Part shown: positions 49,264 through 62,012 of the stretch, piece after piece | Layout: each line of letters begins with the position of its first letter | Numbering within the stretch: the first letter of the stretch is position 1 | NCBI RefSeq assembly: GCF_006345805.1 | Contig: NC_043000.1 | Coordinates: forward strand, 119,474,001-119,538,000 | DNA: 64,000 bases | Origin: Octopus sinensis | Taxonomy: Eukaryota | Direction: 5' to 3' | The notes under the pieces: generated by a model | The model's database searches: none | Seen by the model: only the letters and a program-made list of their open reading frames with translations | What the model was told of the DNA's origin: nothing | Program-made: the position numbers and the translations under genes

Positions 49264-51129
49264 CTGTTGGATAGATATTGAAAACATTAGAGAACACCCA
49301 GGAGGAAGCAATGATGGACTTTTTGAATCAATGAGGAAGACGCTACACCAAGAATTTCAAACTTGGAGAGAGAGAGAGAGAGGGGGGAGAAAGAGAGAGA
49401 AAGAAAGAGGGAGAGAGAAAGAGAGAGAGAAGGAGAGAGAGAGAAAGAGAGAGAGAGAGAAAGAAAGAGAGAGAGAGAAAGAAAGAGAGAGAGAGAGAGA
49501 GAGATGCAGTAAGAAACATTCAACTATGTATTTTTACTCGCCTGTTGTGTATTTGCATTTTCTGACTGGCCCTGTGCTGGTGGCACGTAAAAAGCACCCA
49601 CTACACTCTCGGAGTGGTTGGCATTAGGAAGAGCATCCAGCTGTAGAAACTCTGCCAAATCAAGATTGGAGCCTGGTGCGGCCGTCTGGTTTGCCAGCTC
49701 TCAGTCAAAATCGTCCAACCCATGCTAGCATGGAAGGTGGACGTTAAATGATGATGATGAAAAGCGAAATGAGTTTTTTGAACATTCATTTCAGAGCTGG
49801 AGACCAAAAAAGATCATTAGCCATCAATGACATTAGAAGAAGGGAGCCGAGATTTTAAGATGTTGGGTCTTACAGATAAGGTCATCATCATCATTGTTTA
49901 ACGTCTGTTTTCCATGCTAGCATCGGTTGGACGGTCTGACCGGGGTCTGGGAAGTCAGGAGGCTGCGCCAGGCTCCAGTCTGATCTGGCAGTGTTTCTAC
50001 AGCTGGATTCCCTTCCTAACGCCAACCACTCCGTGAGTGTAGTGGGTGCTTTTTACGTGCCAGGGGAGGCTGGCAACGGCCACGATCGGTTGGTGCTTTT
50101 TATGTACCAGGGGAGGCTGGCAACGGCCACGATCGGTTGGTGAAAGTATCTATATATCATCACTGTTCTAATGTTCACCTTTCCATGCTTACAAAAAGGG
50201 TCAGTCAGATTTTACCAAGGTAGATTTTCTATAGCTAGCTGCCCTTCCTGTTGCCAACCCTCGCCTATTTCCACACAAGGTAATATTTTCCAATGGCCAG
50301 ACATGCTTCCACAGAATGTACTGGAAATGAATGACACCGAGTGCAGGGTAACGCAGCTCATTTAGAAGTACCATGTGATGTCAAGAGAAGGAAACAAACA
50401 TGCAGGGCAGGCTTCATTCAGATTCTGCTACCAAATCTATAATAGAAGACTCTTGGCCAAGGTGCAATGCGGTGGGACTGAACCTGAAACCATGAGGTTA
50501 GGAAGTTACTTCTTAATTGCCTAGCCATGCCTGCACTGCAATCATCATCATCATCATCGTTTAACGTCCGCTTTCCATGCTAGCATGGGTTGGACGGTTC
50601 AACTGGGGTCTGGGAAGCCAGAAGGCTGCACTAGGCCCAGTCTGATCTGGCAGTGTTTCTACAGCTGGATGCCCTTCCTAATGCCAACCACTCCGTGAGT
50701 GTAGTGGGTGCTTTTTACATGCCACCGGCACAGGTGCCAGACCAGGCTGGCAATGGCTACAATCAGATGGTGCTTTTTAAGTGCCACCGGCATGGAGACC
50801 AGACGAAGCTGGCAACGGCCATGATCGGATGGTGCTTTTTATGTGCCACCGGCATGGAGACCAGACGAAGCTGGCAACGGCCATGATCGGATGGTGCTTT
50901 TTATGTGCCACCGGCACGGAGGCCAGTCAGGGCGGCGCATATATATATATATAAAATGAGTTTTATTTATTAATGACCTGACAAGATACATCTGCACCGC
51001 CGGATGCTCCTGAACCAATTGTTGAATGTCCCACCCATGAGGAATCAATGCTAGATGTGTTGGAACAATTATCGTGATTAATAATAAATTCTCATATATT
51101 CCCTCTTCCATTTCCTATATACATATGCT

Positions 51130-51450
51130 GAAACCCCCTTCGGTCATGACTGACCATGCGATTGCACCTAGGAAGTTACCCTCCAAGGCACAAGTCTGAG
51201 CAAGGTTGTTTATGGAAGACCAGCAGTCGCCCATGCATACCGGTCTCCCTTCTCCAAGCCACCAGTGTTATCCAAGGGAAAGGCAAAGCCAATACAGCTT
51301 GGCACCTGTGATGCCACAACTCATTTCTACAGCTGAGTGAATTGGAGCAATGTGAAATGAAGTGTCTTGCTCAAGAACACAACACGCAGCCCGGTCTACG
51401 ATTCGAACTCACAACCTCGCAATCGTAAGCTCAACGCTGTAACCACTGAG
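51130..51450 (-). mobile_element. tRNA-headed SINE (family E; related copy at about 14330-14612 on +)
   Basis: Shared cagtcgcccatgcatacc...gttatccaagggaaaggcaaag...ctcatttctacagctg body and tRNA-like head. Confidence 0.75.
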
Positions 51451-51639
51451 CCATATATATATATATATATGTATAGGGAAAGTTTCCGAAAAAAAAACAA
51501 CAAAAGACGAAGACAGGAGGTGTACAAACAAACAGATGTATTAGTATAGCGCTCAGAAATAGAAAAAGTCTTTTACATTTCGAGCCTACGCTCTTCTACA
51601 GAAAGGGCCACAGAAAGAAACAAGGAGAGAAAAATAAAA

Positions 51640-51675
<36 letters not shown>

Positions 51676-51899
51676 TAGCTGCTTTCTTGTATCTGAGCAA
51701 AGCCATTGCTAAAAAGAATCATTGAAATGAGTCATTGTTGATGTAATGTGAGGCCCTTGTATGACTCTTGAGCCTAGCCAAAGGTTTGTACATTCTATTG
51801 CAATAACGCACAGCTGTGCTGGCTAGCAGAGTGAACAGGTACCACAGTATGAAGTGTTCTGATCTGTCTTTTTAATCCTCCAACTGAACGGCACACCTT

Positions 51900-52070
51900 T
51901 CCACGGGTTGCACATGTTCTGTTGTGAATAACAGCCTGCATGACTTAAGCATTTCCTTCCACAAATCAGACACATAAAAAGGCAACGTACCTTTATTTTC
52001 CATAGGTTCATTCTCTCTAAGCTTTCGCCTGATCTTCCCATGCTTCATACACACACCCCTCAGACACCGG
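51900..52070 (-). mobile_element. Degenerate RTE-type LINE 3' end with C2HC/C2H2-like finger
   Basis: FMCLICGRKCLSHAGCYSQQNMC resembles the F.C..CGR.C.SRIGL.SH.R.C terminal motif of RTE-like ORFs. Confidence 0.5.
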
Positions 52071-52207
52071 CTAAATGGTCCTACCTTGTAGCTTCAAGAT
52101 GTCGAAAGTGTGTTTGTATATTTTTAGAATGACAGTGTAGGGTAGGTGTGAGAAGATGGACCTGGTCTGTTTCAACAAGTAGAATATTTGGACTGGATAT
52201 GGCCAGA

Positions 52208-52672
52208 TTAACCCTTTTGTTACTAACCAGGCTGAAACCAGCTCTGAGTACAAACATCATGTTTTCATAAGCTTTGAATTAAAATCTTCCACCAAACCTT
52301 AGTCACTATTTATGTTCCTAACACTAGTTGAATGATAACTAAGTAATTTTACTAAAATCTTTGTTATATTTAAAGTAATTGAAAGAAACACAGAGCATCT
52401 CAAAATAAATATGGTAACAAAAGGGTTAAAATATACAATAGAGAAACAATTCTTAACCCTTTCGATACCAACCCAGCTGAAACCACCTCTGTAGTACAAA
52501 TGTCTTTTTTTTTCATAAGATTTGAATTAAAATATTCCAAACCTTAGTCACAATTTATGTTCCTAACATTAGCTGAATGATAACTAAGTAATTTTACTAA
52601 ATTCTTTGTAATATTTAAAGTAATTGAAAGAAACAGAGCATCTCAAAATAAATACAGTAACAAAAGGGTTAA
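52208..52672. mobile_element. Two adjacent piggyBac-type MITEs (52208-52429 and 52453-52672)
   Basis: Each has TTAA-CCCTT...AAGGG-TTAA ends; both are the reverse complement of the 47149 copy. Confidence 0.88.
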
Positions 52673-52729
52673 ATGCTGAAGAGTTAACATAAAAAGGATC
52701 AAAACTAACACCTAAAAGAAAAGACTTAC

Positions 52730-52825
52730 ATTCTCCTGAATTCCTTCTGTGCAGAAATGCAGTTCATAGTCAGAAATGGGAGCTGCTCTCTTGTAATTCT
52801 TCAACCAGTCCAGCACTTTTTTACA
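52730..52825 (-). CDS. KNTC1: KNTC1 exon CKKVLDWLKNYKRAAPISDYE...QEN
   Basis: catttcag|...|gtaagt, 96 nt, phase 0-0; resembles ILKHLKSYRRISP. Confidence 0.9.
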
Positions 52826-53427
52826 CTGAAATGAAAAAAATACAAGATTTTTCTGGATTGCTGATAGAAGATGGTTAGATGGAAGCATCTTGTTTCAGTT
52901 ATTACATTGTGGCTATACTTGGAATTTGCCTTTGGGTAGAATTTGCCGTTGTGTGTATATGTATATCATCATCATCGTTTAACGTCCGTTTTCCATGCTA
53001 GTACGGGTTGGATTGTTCGACCGGCGTCTGGAAAGCCAGGAGGCTGCACCAGGCTTCAGTCTGATTTGGCAGTGTTTCTACAGCTGGATGCCCTTCCCAA
53101 CGCCAACTACTCCGTGAGTGTAGTGGGTGCTTTTTACGTTCCACCGGCACAGGTGCCAGGGGAGGCTGGCAGTGGCCACGATCGGTTGGTGCTTTTTACG
53201 TGCCACCGGCACAGAAGCCAGTCAAGGCGGCACTGGCATTGGCCACGTTCGGATGGTGCTTTTTACGTGCCACCGGCACAGGTATCACAACTATTTCCGT
53301 TTGATATTTATTTCGATGTTCATGTACTTGACTCAATAGGTCTCCCCAAGCACAGCAGGTCGTTCTGCAATCCAAGGTACTTTGAATGGGCTGGGGCTAC
53401 GCAAAACTGGTGCAGAAGCCAGTGATG

Positions 53428-53466
<39 letters not shown>

Positions 53467-54017
53467 GGGAGTAAATCCAAACTTACAGGGAAAAATTAGA
53501 TTTAGGATTAAATCTAATTTCACAGTATAAATATAAATTAAAGAGATAAAGCCACTATTAGGCAAATCAAACAGTGAAAAACAAACCAAAACAAAGATAA
53601 AAATAATTAATATAATATACAAAATATATAAAATATAAAATTTAAAATATTTAAATTTAAAATTTTTAATTTATATTTATAGATTATTTTTTTTATAAAT
53701 ATCAAAAAGTATTAAAAAATTTAATATAATATAAGTATTTACTTATATTATATTAAACTTTTTGATAGTTAAAAAAAATATTTATAAATATAAATAAATT
53801 TTAAATTTTATATCTATATATTATTTCTATGTTTTGGTTTACGTTTTTCACTGTTTGATTTGCATAATAGTGGTTTTATCTCTAATTTAATTTTTATATA
53901 TATATTATATATATATATTTATATATATATTATTATATATATATATTATATATATATATATATATATTATTTATTATATATATATATATATATAATATAT
54001 ATATATATATAAATAAA

Positions 54018-54343
54018 CTAGCAGTTAAGCCCGGTTTCACCCAGTCTGTTTGGATGATGTGGATGTGATCGTTTTCGGTTAGGTATAATCTATAATAGTG
54101 TTTCTCAACCATATCATTTCGGGTCCCCTGTTTCGATTGGAGCCTCCAGCTGTATGAAAATTTCTCCCATCCCACTGTCAGATCGATTTTCTCGGTGAGT
54201 ATGGGGGCTAGGAAAAAAATACAAACTGCATTCCAATCTATGCACCCGTCTCCACATGTGTGCGAATCCCCCCAGCCGTTTGGCTGTGAACCTCAAGACA
54301 AGAAAGAATACAATGATCGCCCGTGTCCAATTTATATTATAGA
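54018..54343 (-). mobile_element. Complete 326-bp non-autonomous Helitron
   Basis: Minus A|TCTATAATAT ... ctgggtgaaaccggg-cttaactg-CTAG|T; A^T target site, no TSD. Confidence 0.8.
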
Positions 54344-55139
54344 TATATATATATATAAAACAAAGTTATTTTATTCCACACGAGTAGAAATATAGGAAAA
54401 ACAGATATTGAAAATGCACTGAAAATAGTCAATGTAATTTTTATTATATTTAAAGATTTAGGGCAAGCTTCAAACAAGCTATAAAAACAGGGCAAGCTTC
54501 AAACACTTGTCAGAAGCCAAACAATGCGACATAAGCCACGTCTTTCTATTTCAAATTTTTGAAAATCAGAGTAAACTGTGAAACCGGTTAAAGCTTCAAA
54601 TATCATCATCATTGGACGGTTCGACCAGGGTCTGGGAAGCCAGGAGGCTGCACCAGGCTCTAGTCTGATCTGGCAGTGTTTCTACAGCTGGATGCCCTTC
54701 CTAACGCCAACCAGTCTGTGAGTGTAGTGAATGCTTTTTATCTGCCAGGGGAGGCTGGCAGCGGTCATGATCGGTTGGTGCTTTTTACGTGCCACTGGCA
54801 CAGGTGCCAGGGGAGGCTGGCAGCGGCCACGATTGGTTGGTGCTTTTTACGTGCCACTGGCACAGAAGCCAGTCAAGGCGGCGCTAGCATTGGCTACGTT
54901 TGGATGGTGCTTTTTTACGTGCCACCGGTACAGGTATCACAACTACAATTTCCATTTGATATTTATTTTGACGTTGATGTACTTGACTCAATAGGTCTCC
55001 CCAATATAATAATAAAAAATATAATAACTATGTATGCATGGAAAGAGAGAGAGAGGGGAGAAAGACAAGGAAGTATACCACAACTGTGCAAGGAGCAAAG
55101 GGCAGAGTTCCTTCAGAATTATAATAATGTTGAACTCAC

Positions 55140-55220
55140 CTTATCAAGGAAGGAATTCTCCTCAATCTTGAAGGCTTCATCAAGAACCAGCGACAGAGTT
55201 TCGTAGTCATACGTATTGAC
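55140..55220 (-). CDS. KNTC1: KNTC1 exon VNTYDYETLSLVLDEAFKIEENSFLDK
   Basis: caacag|...|gtgagt, 81 nt, phase 0-0; resembles LDPYDYEMIEVVL. Confidence 0.92.
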
Positions 55221-56580
55221 CTGTTGATTGGAGGAAGAACTGACATGACGACTCTTACAACAGAGACAACCAAGGGGGAATCTTGGGTTTATTACCTCCT
55301 CTCTTTGCAAAGTTACAGGGAAAAGACCGTTGCTTGGAATTTTGGCAAAGTGTGTGTGTGTGGGGGAAACGTTGTGAATCTAGGTCTTTAAACCTATTAC
55401 TAAAATTTGAGAGAGGTGGGGGTCAGGGAGGAAAGAAGCAAGAAGGAAAAGGTAACAAATGGGATTGAAAAATTAACTCATTAGCATTCAGATTACTGTC
55501 AAATGTAATGTTTTATTCACATTGTTTAGAATTAATTATAAATTATCAAATAGCTTTGAGATTTTGATGTAATTGTTTGTTTGTAGATTAACATTGTAGG
55601 CTAAATACGAGAAGCCAGATCTGGCCAATTTGAACATAAAACATGTAGAATATCATCACCATCATCATTATAATTTAATATGCTTTCCATGCCGGCATGG
55701 GTTGGATGGTGAGAAAGGAGCTGTCCAGACTACTATTCTCTTTTACAATTTCTACAGCAGGATGTCCTTCCTAACGCCAAGCACTTTACATAATGTGCTG
55801 GGCAGGTTGGAATTGACCAGTTTAACCTAGTAGTGCCCCAATTTTTTTTTTGATTTATTACAAAAAAAAAAAAAAGAAGTTTTTTAGGAGTGGCTGCGCA
55901 GTAAGTAGCTTCTTTCCCAACCACATGGTTCTGGGTTCCATCCCACTATGTGGCACCTTGGGCAAGTGTCTTCTACTATAACCTCAGGCTGACCAAAGCC
56001 TTGCGAGTGGATTTGGTAGACCGAAACTGAAAGAAGCCAGTCGTATATATATGTACGCATGTGTGTGTGTGTGTGTGCATATGTGTTTGTCCCCCCAACA
56101 TCGCTCAACAACCGATGCTAGTGTGTTTATGTCCCTGTAACTTAGCGGTTCGGCAAAAGAGACTGATAGAATAAGTACTAGGCTTACAAAGAATAAGTCC
56201 TGGGTCGATTTGATCGACTAAAATCAGTGCTCCAGCATGGCCACAGTCACATGACTGAAACAAGTAAAAGAGTAAAGAGTAAACTTTATCTGATACTAAA
56301 TATATAAAAAAAAAATGTTTATTACATTATTTGAAAGACACTTCAGTCTTGATGACTAACTAAAGATATCTCAGAAAAATACAGGTGTTGCAGAAATATG
56401 ATGGGTTATCCTTCCGGTCCTAAAAAGAAGGACCATGGGTGCTAATGGATTAAATGCTAAATGGTTAAAAAAAAATTAGAGGAGTGGAGGCAGAGAAAGA
56501 GACAGAACAAGGACAGTTGAAAGGAAAGGGCTGAATAAGATTTATTAGGGTAACAAAAATATATGGAGAAGAATACTGAC

Positions 56581-56779
56581 CAAATTAATCAATTGTGTGA
56601 GTTCTTTAAAAAGTCTTGATTTTGATTTCACGCTTCGTATAATTTTAAGCACTCTTGTCAGCTGGTGGTGATGATGGGAAGCGCTGAAGGTAGACAACTG
56701 TGTATAGGAGGCAGAAATGTTCTTGATTAAATATTTCAAGGACAACAGCAAGCCATCAGTTTCCTCAATTTCGAAATCT
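56581..56779 (-). CDS. KNTC1: KNTC1 exon DFEIEETDGLLL...ELTQLINL
   Basis: cttttcag|...|gtcagt, 199 nt, phase 2-0; matches ORF track 56545-56751. Confidence 0.88.
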
Positions 56780-57193
56780 CTGAAAAGAAATAAATTGTAT
56801 ATATATATATGAGTGGATTTGATAGATGGAAAACTGGATATAAATAGATGTGTGTATTTTGCCCATTGTTAAACCCCATCAAGGCCCTAAACCCTATCAC
56901 ATACTCAAGAATCTTCAGTTCTTTCCAATAGACCCATGATGGTTTAAACATTGAAATCCTGTCATGTTAGTATTCTAAAACGAAAAACAGGTTTGAACTC
57001 AGTTAAATGAGTTACCTAATTCTTACTCCACTTACATCACTTCTATTGACGAGTTTCATTTTTTCACTTCCCTGAAGAGAAGATTACATTGTTTTACACC
57101 ATTTCTATTCCTTTGGAATAAATATCAGTGATATCTTTGAAACACGTGTCGGAAGTAAAAGAATTTGAATAACACCTGCGTTTAACTCCATTT

Positions 57194-57225
<32 letters not shown>

Positions 57226-57509
57226 TTAGCATCCGCTTTCAATGCTAGCATTGGTTGGACTGTTCAACTGGGGTCTGGGAGGCCAGAAGGCTACACCAGG
57301 CCCAGTTTGATCTGGCAATGTTTCTACAGCTGGATGCCCTATATACACACGTGTGTGTGTATATATATACACACACACACACGACAGGCTTCTGTCAGTT
57401 TCCATCTTCCAAATTCATTCACAAGGCTTTGGTCAGCAATATATATATATATATATAATGAAATTGTACGTATGCATGATTGCAAAGAAATTGTAAATGG
57501 TAAACTCAC

Positions 57510-57619
57510 TTGCAGAACTTTTTGATGACTTCAGTATCAATGGCACTGCAGCCTACCATTTGCTGTAGAACTTTGTATTTCTCATTTAGTGGGCCATGGA
57601 ACGCATCTTTGAAACATAT
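57510..57619 (-). CDS. KNTC1: KNTC1 exon ICFKDAFHGPLNEK...IDTEVIKKFC
   Basis: atttcag|...|gtgagt, 110 nt, phase 0-2; resembles ISFQPVF...MDTSLILEYC. Confidence 0.92.
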
Positions 57620-57859
57620 CTGAAATCAAAACATAAAGATAGTCATCATCTGCTTTCCATGCTAACAGGGGTTGACTGAGTCTTCGCAATCTAATTCAGT
57701 TCTTATTTACATCTGCTGCCTTCCCATGCATGGTGGGTTAGGATGGGGGAAGAGACCAAATCTTGCTTGTTAGTTCTGTCTTGGCATACCTGGATAACAC
57801 CAGCTTAAATGCAGTCACTCAAGACAGTGCACTGATTGCAGTATACCCTGGTGTGGGGG

Positions 57860-58140
57860 CCCGAACACATTTGGTACCAGGATGCTTTGTAAGATCATAG
57901 GTTACCATTGGTCAGATTTGGTATCCAACCAACGATTCCCTTCAGAAACTGGGATGCATCCTGGTGTATGATTTGTGGGAGCCAGCTCAGACCTTTTGAC
58001 CATGTTGCCTGATTATCCAAGTTACACCCTGCTTACTGTGTCCTCTGGGTGGGTCGATGGCTTGTGTTAGTTGACCCCCAAGCCACATGGTCACAGCAGA
58101 TGGGAACAATACTCCACAGAGACTGAAGGGCTTAAGTAGT
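57860..58140 (+). mobile_element. Degenerate RTE LINE 3' fragment
   Basis: FGTRMLCKIIGYHWSDLVSNQR; tail ctccac...gaagggcttaagta is also present at about 38550-38580. Confidence 0.65.
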
Positions 58141-58320
58141 ATCAGCTGTCCAAGCTAGATTTTCATGTGCTAGAGAAAAAAAAAAAAAAAAAACTTGACC
58201 ACTTCGGCATTTTTTGCTTCCCCTTTCGTGTCGTCACTTTTTGAAGTTATCTCCTGAGATTTTCTATAAGAATTAGGGGCCAGCACTGAAAATTATGACA
58301 TTTCTTATATGAATATGACT

Positions 58321-58720
58321 AGGCGCAGGAGTGGCAGTGTGGTAAGTAGCTTACTTACCAACCTCATGGTTCTGGGTTCAGTCCCACTGCATGGCACCTT
58401 GGGCAAGTGTCTTCTACTATAGCCTCGGGCCGATCAAAGCCTTGTTAGTGGATTTGGTAGACGGAAACTGAAAGAAGCCCATCGTATATATGCGTGCGTG
58501 TGTGTATATGCTTGTGTGTCTGTGTTTGTCCCCCCAACATCGCTTGACAACCGATGCTGGTGTGTTTACATCCCCGTAACTTAGCGGTTCGGCAAAAGAG
58601 ACCGATAGAATAAGTACTAGGCTTACAAAGAGTAAGACCCAGGGTAGATTTGCTTAACTAAAGGCGGTGCTCCAGCATGGCCACAGTCAAATGACTGAAA
58701 CAAGTAAAAAGAGAGAGAGT
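58321..58720 (+). mobile_element. SINE family A, full-length copy
   Basis: aggcgcaggagtggc head through gactgaaacaagtaaaa tail. Confidence 0.9.
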
Positions 58721-59351
58721 AAAAAAAAAAAAAAAAAAAGTATGTAAACAATGCAATCGAAGCTAAAAAAATAGGTGATGGGCATATATGGAGATTTCAA
58801 GGAGTTCTTGCTCCTTCTTTGGCACTGCATCCAATCCATTAACCATCCACAAACTCATTGCTGAAATAGCCACTAAATTTAGTGTTGTAACAAAACTGGA
58901 TGGGCCTCGCGGAGGCAATGACGGATGACTGGGACCTTGGCATTATATCGTGTTTGAGAGGAAGACCCATCAAATCAAGTAAAATCGCAGTTGTAGCCGA
59001 TACTGGTGTCATGCAAATGGCACCCATTAGTCTCGGAGTGGTTGGCGTTAGGAAGGGCATCCAGCTGTAGAAATCATGCCAAATCAGACTGGAATCTGAT
59101 GTAGCCCCTCAGCTTACCAGCCTTGGTCAAACCGTCCAACCCATGCCAGCATGGACAACAGATGTTGAATGATGATGAGGATTTCTGGCAACTGGTACAT
59201 ACATATTAATGGCTGGTAGGGACTCTGCATTTTGTTATACAACCATAATATACTATCAACAATGATTGTATTGCACTACTAACACAGGTAAGACACGGTA
59301 TTGAGTTATATGCCTTTAATATACTTGAAGGTATATTATGGTTGTATAATG

Positions 59352-59751
59352 GGATCTTTTCGGTTTGAACAGCAGTTTTTTAAAATAATTTCCACGTAAC
59401 TAAACTCTTTTAAACTTTGTATACTGTTTATAAAACATCTTTTTCTCTTGGCTTTAATAAGAAAATTCTATAGTTTGTAAGATATTTGCTGTTTTGCTTC
59501 TTTAATTTCTGCAATTTCAACCAATCAATGGCATCTATTGAGTTAAAAAGCATTGTGCCGTATGAATATTTCCCTCGTTTAAGAAACAGATTGGGTTTAT
59601 TTACATTTCTGAAGAAAAAAAGATACCCTTCCCTCCACCCCTAATCCTAAAACAGATTGAAATGCAATAGATCGATACTAGGGTCATAATTATGGGTGAC
59701 AATATCATATGACACCGCTAGAAAAAACTGCCGTTCAAACCGAAAAGATCC
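59352..59751. mobile_element. MITE with GGATCTTTTCGGTTTGAAC TIRs
   Basis: ggatcttttcggtttgaacagcagtttttt / aaaaaactgccgttcaaaccgaaaagatcc. Confidence 0.8.
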
Positions 59752-59869
59752 GCATAATGAAATAATGTCTACCAGTATAACTCAAAGTGACACAAGGCCA
59801 CAGACAGATTCATAGGTAATAGAGGCTTAGTTGATTTAACAGACTCCAGTATAATTAATCATACCATAC

Positions 59870-59986
59870 CTTGTATTTTCCAAGCTGATACCCCCAGTAC
59901 GCACTGGTTTCAAGTTCTGTACACTTTGCAATCTCATCATGTTCTTTGTGAAGGACAGCCAAAGCATTTCCTACTTTAGCCATGGC
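59870..59986 (-). CDS. KNTC1: KNTC1 exon AMAKVGNALAVLH...AYWGYQLGKYK
   Basis: ttcacag|...|gtatgg, 117 nt, phase 0-0; resembles AISLVGSELASLY...AQWGIRLGKLG. Confidence 0.92.
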
Positions 59987-61257
59987 CTGTGAAATGAATT
60001 TAAAAAAAAAAGAAAAAAACACATGGTTAGTACATATTACTTTCTAAGGAGCAAATGGGCTGGTTTCCCAGTTTCTCTGGCATATATATTCTTTCCTGGA
60101 AGGGGCCAGCATCCCTTCCAGGGAGGAATCTTCATTTTCACAAACTGAATGACAGGAGCTATGTGAAATAAAGTTCTTTGGTGAAGAACACAGCATATTG
60201 CCTAGTCCAGGAATCGAAACCACAATGTTAGAATCATGAGTTTAACACCTTAACCACTAAGCCATGTGCCTCCACTAAATACATACTCTACAAAGACTGA
60301 TGTCACCCTCTGCCAATCCATTTATGACTCATTCGACAACATAGGTCTTACTTGCTTGGTGAGAAAGTAATGTTTATGAATGTAAAAAGCACAAAGGGAA
60401 AACTATCAAGTTAGATTAAATCAAACTTAAGTTTAAGTCACTCAAGATTGGCGTCTGGTGCAGCCTCTTGGCTTCCCAGACCCCAGTCGAACCGCCCAAC
60501 CCATGCCAGCATGGAAACCGGACGTTAGATGATGATGATGATATACACACATATGTATATATACTGACCACTTCCCATCACCCATACATCAAAGTCACCA
60601 GCCTCACCATCCACACACACCTTCGTTTTGGGATCACCAATACTTTATTATCTCCCCTTCTTCCTAGCTCTCTTGTCTAAGCACTTCTGCCCAGCCAGCT
60701 GCCATGATTGACTGCTAGCCGCTAAAGCTTATTTTTATTCTCTATCTGTTTATTTTCTTGTGTGCTTTTCTGTTGAAAAGTGTAGGCTTGAAACATAAAA
60801 TACCTTTTCACCTTCCCAAGCGTTAAACTAATACACCTGTTTGTTGATCATACACCTGTCTTCGTCTTTTGTTTTTCTGTAAATTCCAACAATATATTTA
60901 TACATACATATAGTAAAGTAAATTTGCCTACTTAAAATAGCAGTCCTGGTTATGACAAATGTTACTGTTATTCAGCCTCAGGAAAATATCTTCTTCAGCT
61001 GGCTATCGACACATTAAATGCATCCTTATATTTTCGAACAAGGGAACTAGGGGATACTACCTCCCTTATTTGAAAATATAAGGATGCAATTAGTGCGCCG
61101 ATAGCCAGCCGGAGAAGATATCTTCCTGGGGCTAAATAGCAGTAACATTTGTCCTAACCAGGACTGTCACTTTAAGTTGGCAAATAAATTTTATGGTACT
61201 GTTACTGCATGTTTCTCATTGAGATTTAGAACTAATATTAGAATAGTCTCTCTCTCC

Positions 61258-61289
<32 letters not shown>

Positions 61290-61892
61290 CTCATCATCAT
61301 CATCGTTTAACGTCCGTTTTCCGCGCTAGCACGGGTTGGACGGTTTCGACCGGGGTCTGGGGAGCCAGGGGCTGCCCCAGGCTCCAGTCTGGTCTGGCAG
61401 TGTTTCTACAGCTGGATGCCCTTCCTAACGCCAACCACTCCGCGAGTGTAGTGGGTGCTTTTTACGTGCCACCTGCACAGGTGCCAGAGGGGTCTGGCAT
61501 CGGCCACGGTCAGTTGGTGCTTTTTATGTGCCACCTGCACAGAAGCCAGTCGGGGCGGTGCTGGCATATATATATATATATATAAGAAAGAGAGAGAGAA
61601 TCTATAAGCATTTAAACAGGTTGTATCTGGCCCAAATATTTTCACTGATTTATGTTCAAACTGGTCGGATCTGGCCACTCACACATGCCTTACCGTGTTA
61701 TTCTGAAAATAAACAATTACATCATTGAAATCTCAGAGCAGGATCAATTCAAAACTGCGTGAATAAATAAGTATTACATTTTGACATGTCGAAGGATTAA
61801 ACCAACAATCCTTCAAGTTTTTCCTTACAAGAAGACATCAAGTCTAACTGATAAGATCTTTGAACTCACAAAAACAAACAATAATTCCTCAC

Positions 61893-62012
61893 CATTTGTC
61901 CTCGGTAATTGAAATCTTTTCGCATTTTCTTCAAAACACTCAAAATATTCTTCGGGAGACTCCAGGCCAAACCAAGAGCGTACCTGTGGTCCACATTACG
62001 TTGGCTGAACAC
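61893..62012 (-). CDS. KNTC1: KNTC1/ROD exon (first recovered in window), VFSQRNVDHRYALGLAWSLP...RGQM
   Basis: ccaacag|...|gtgagg, 120 nt, phase 0-0; resembles recalled human VFNCRLVDLDLALGYCTLLP. Confidence 0.85.

Noticed and set aside
58745-58860. Extra KNTC1 exon (tttcag|..MSLWMVNGLDAVPKKEQELL)
   Set aside because: In-frame TAG, no good donor, no resemblance to ROD at that position, and the flanking exons already join in phase.
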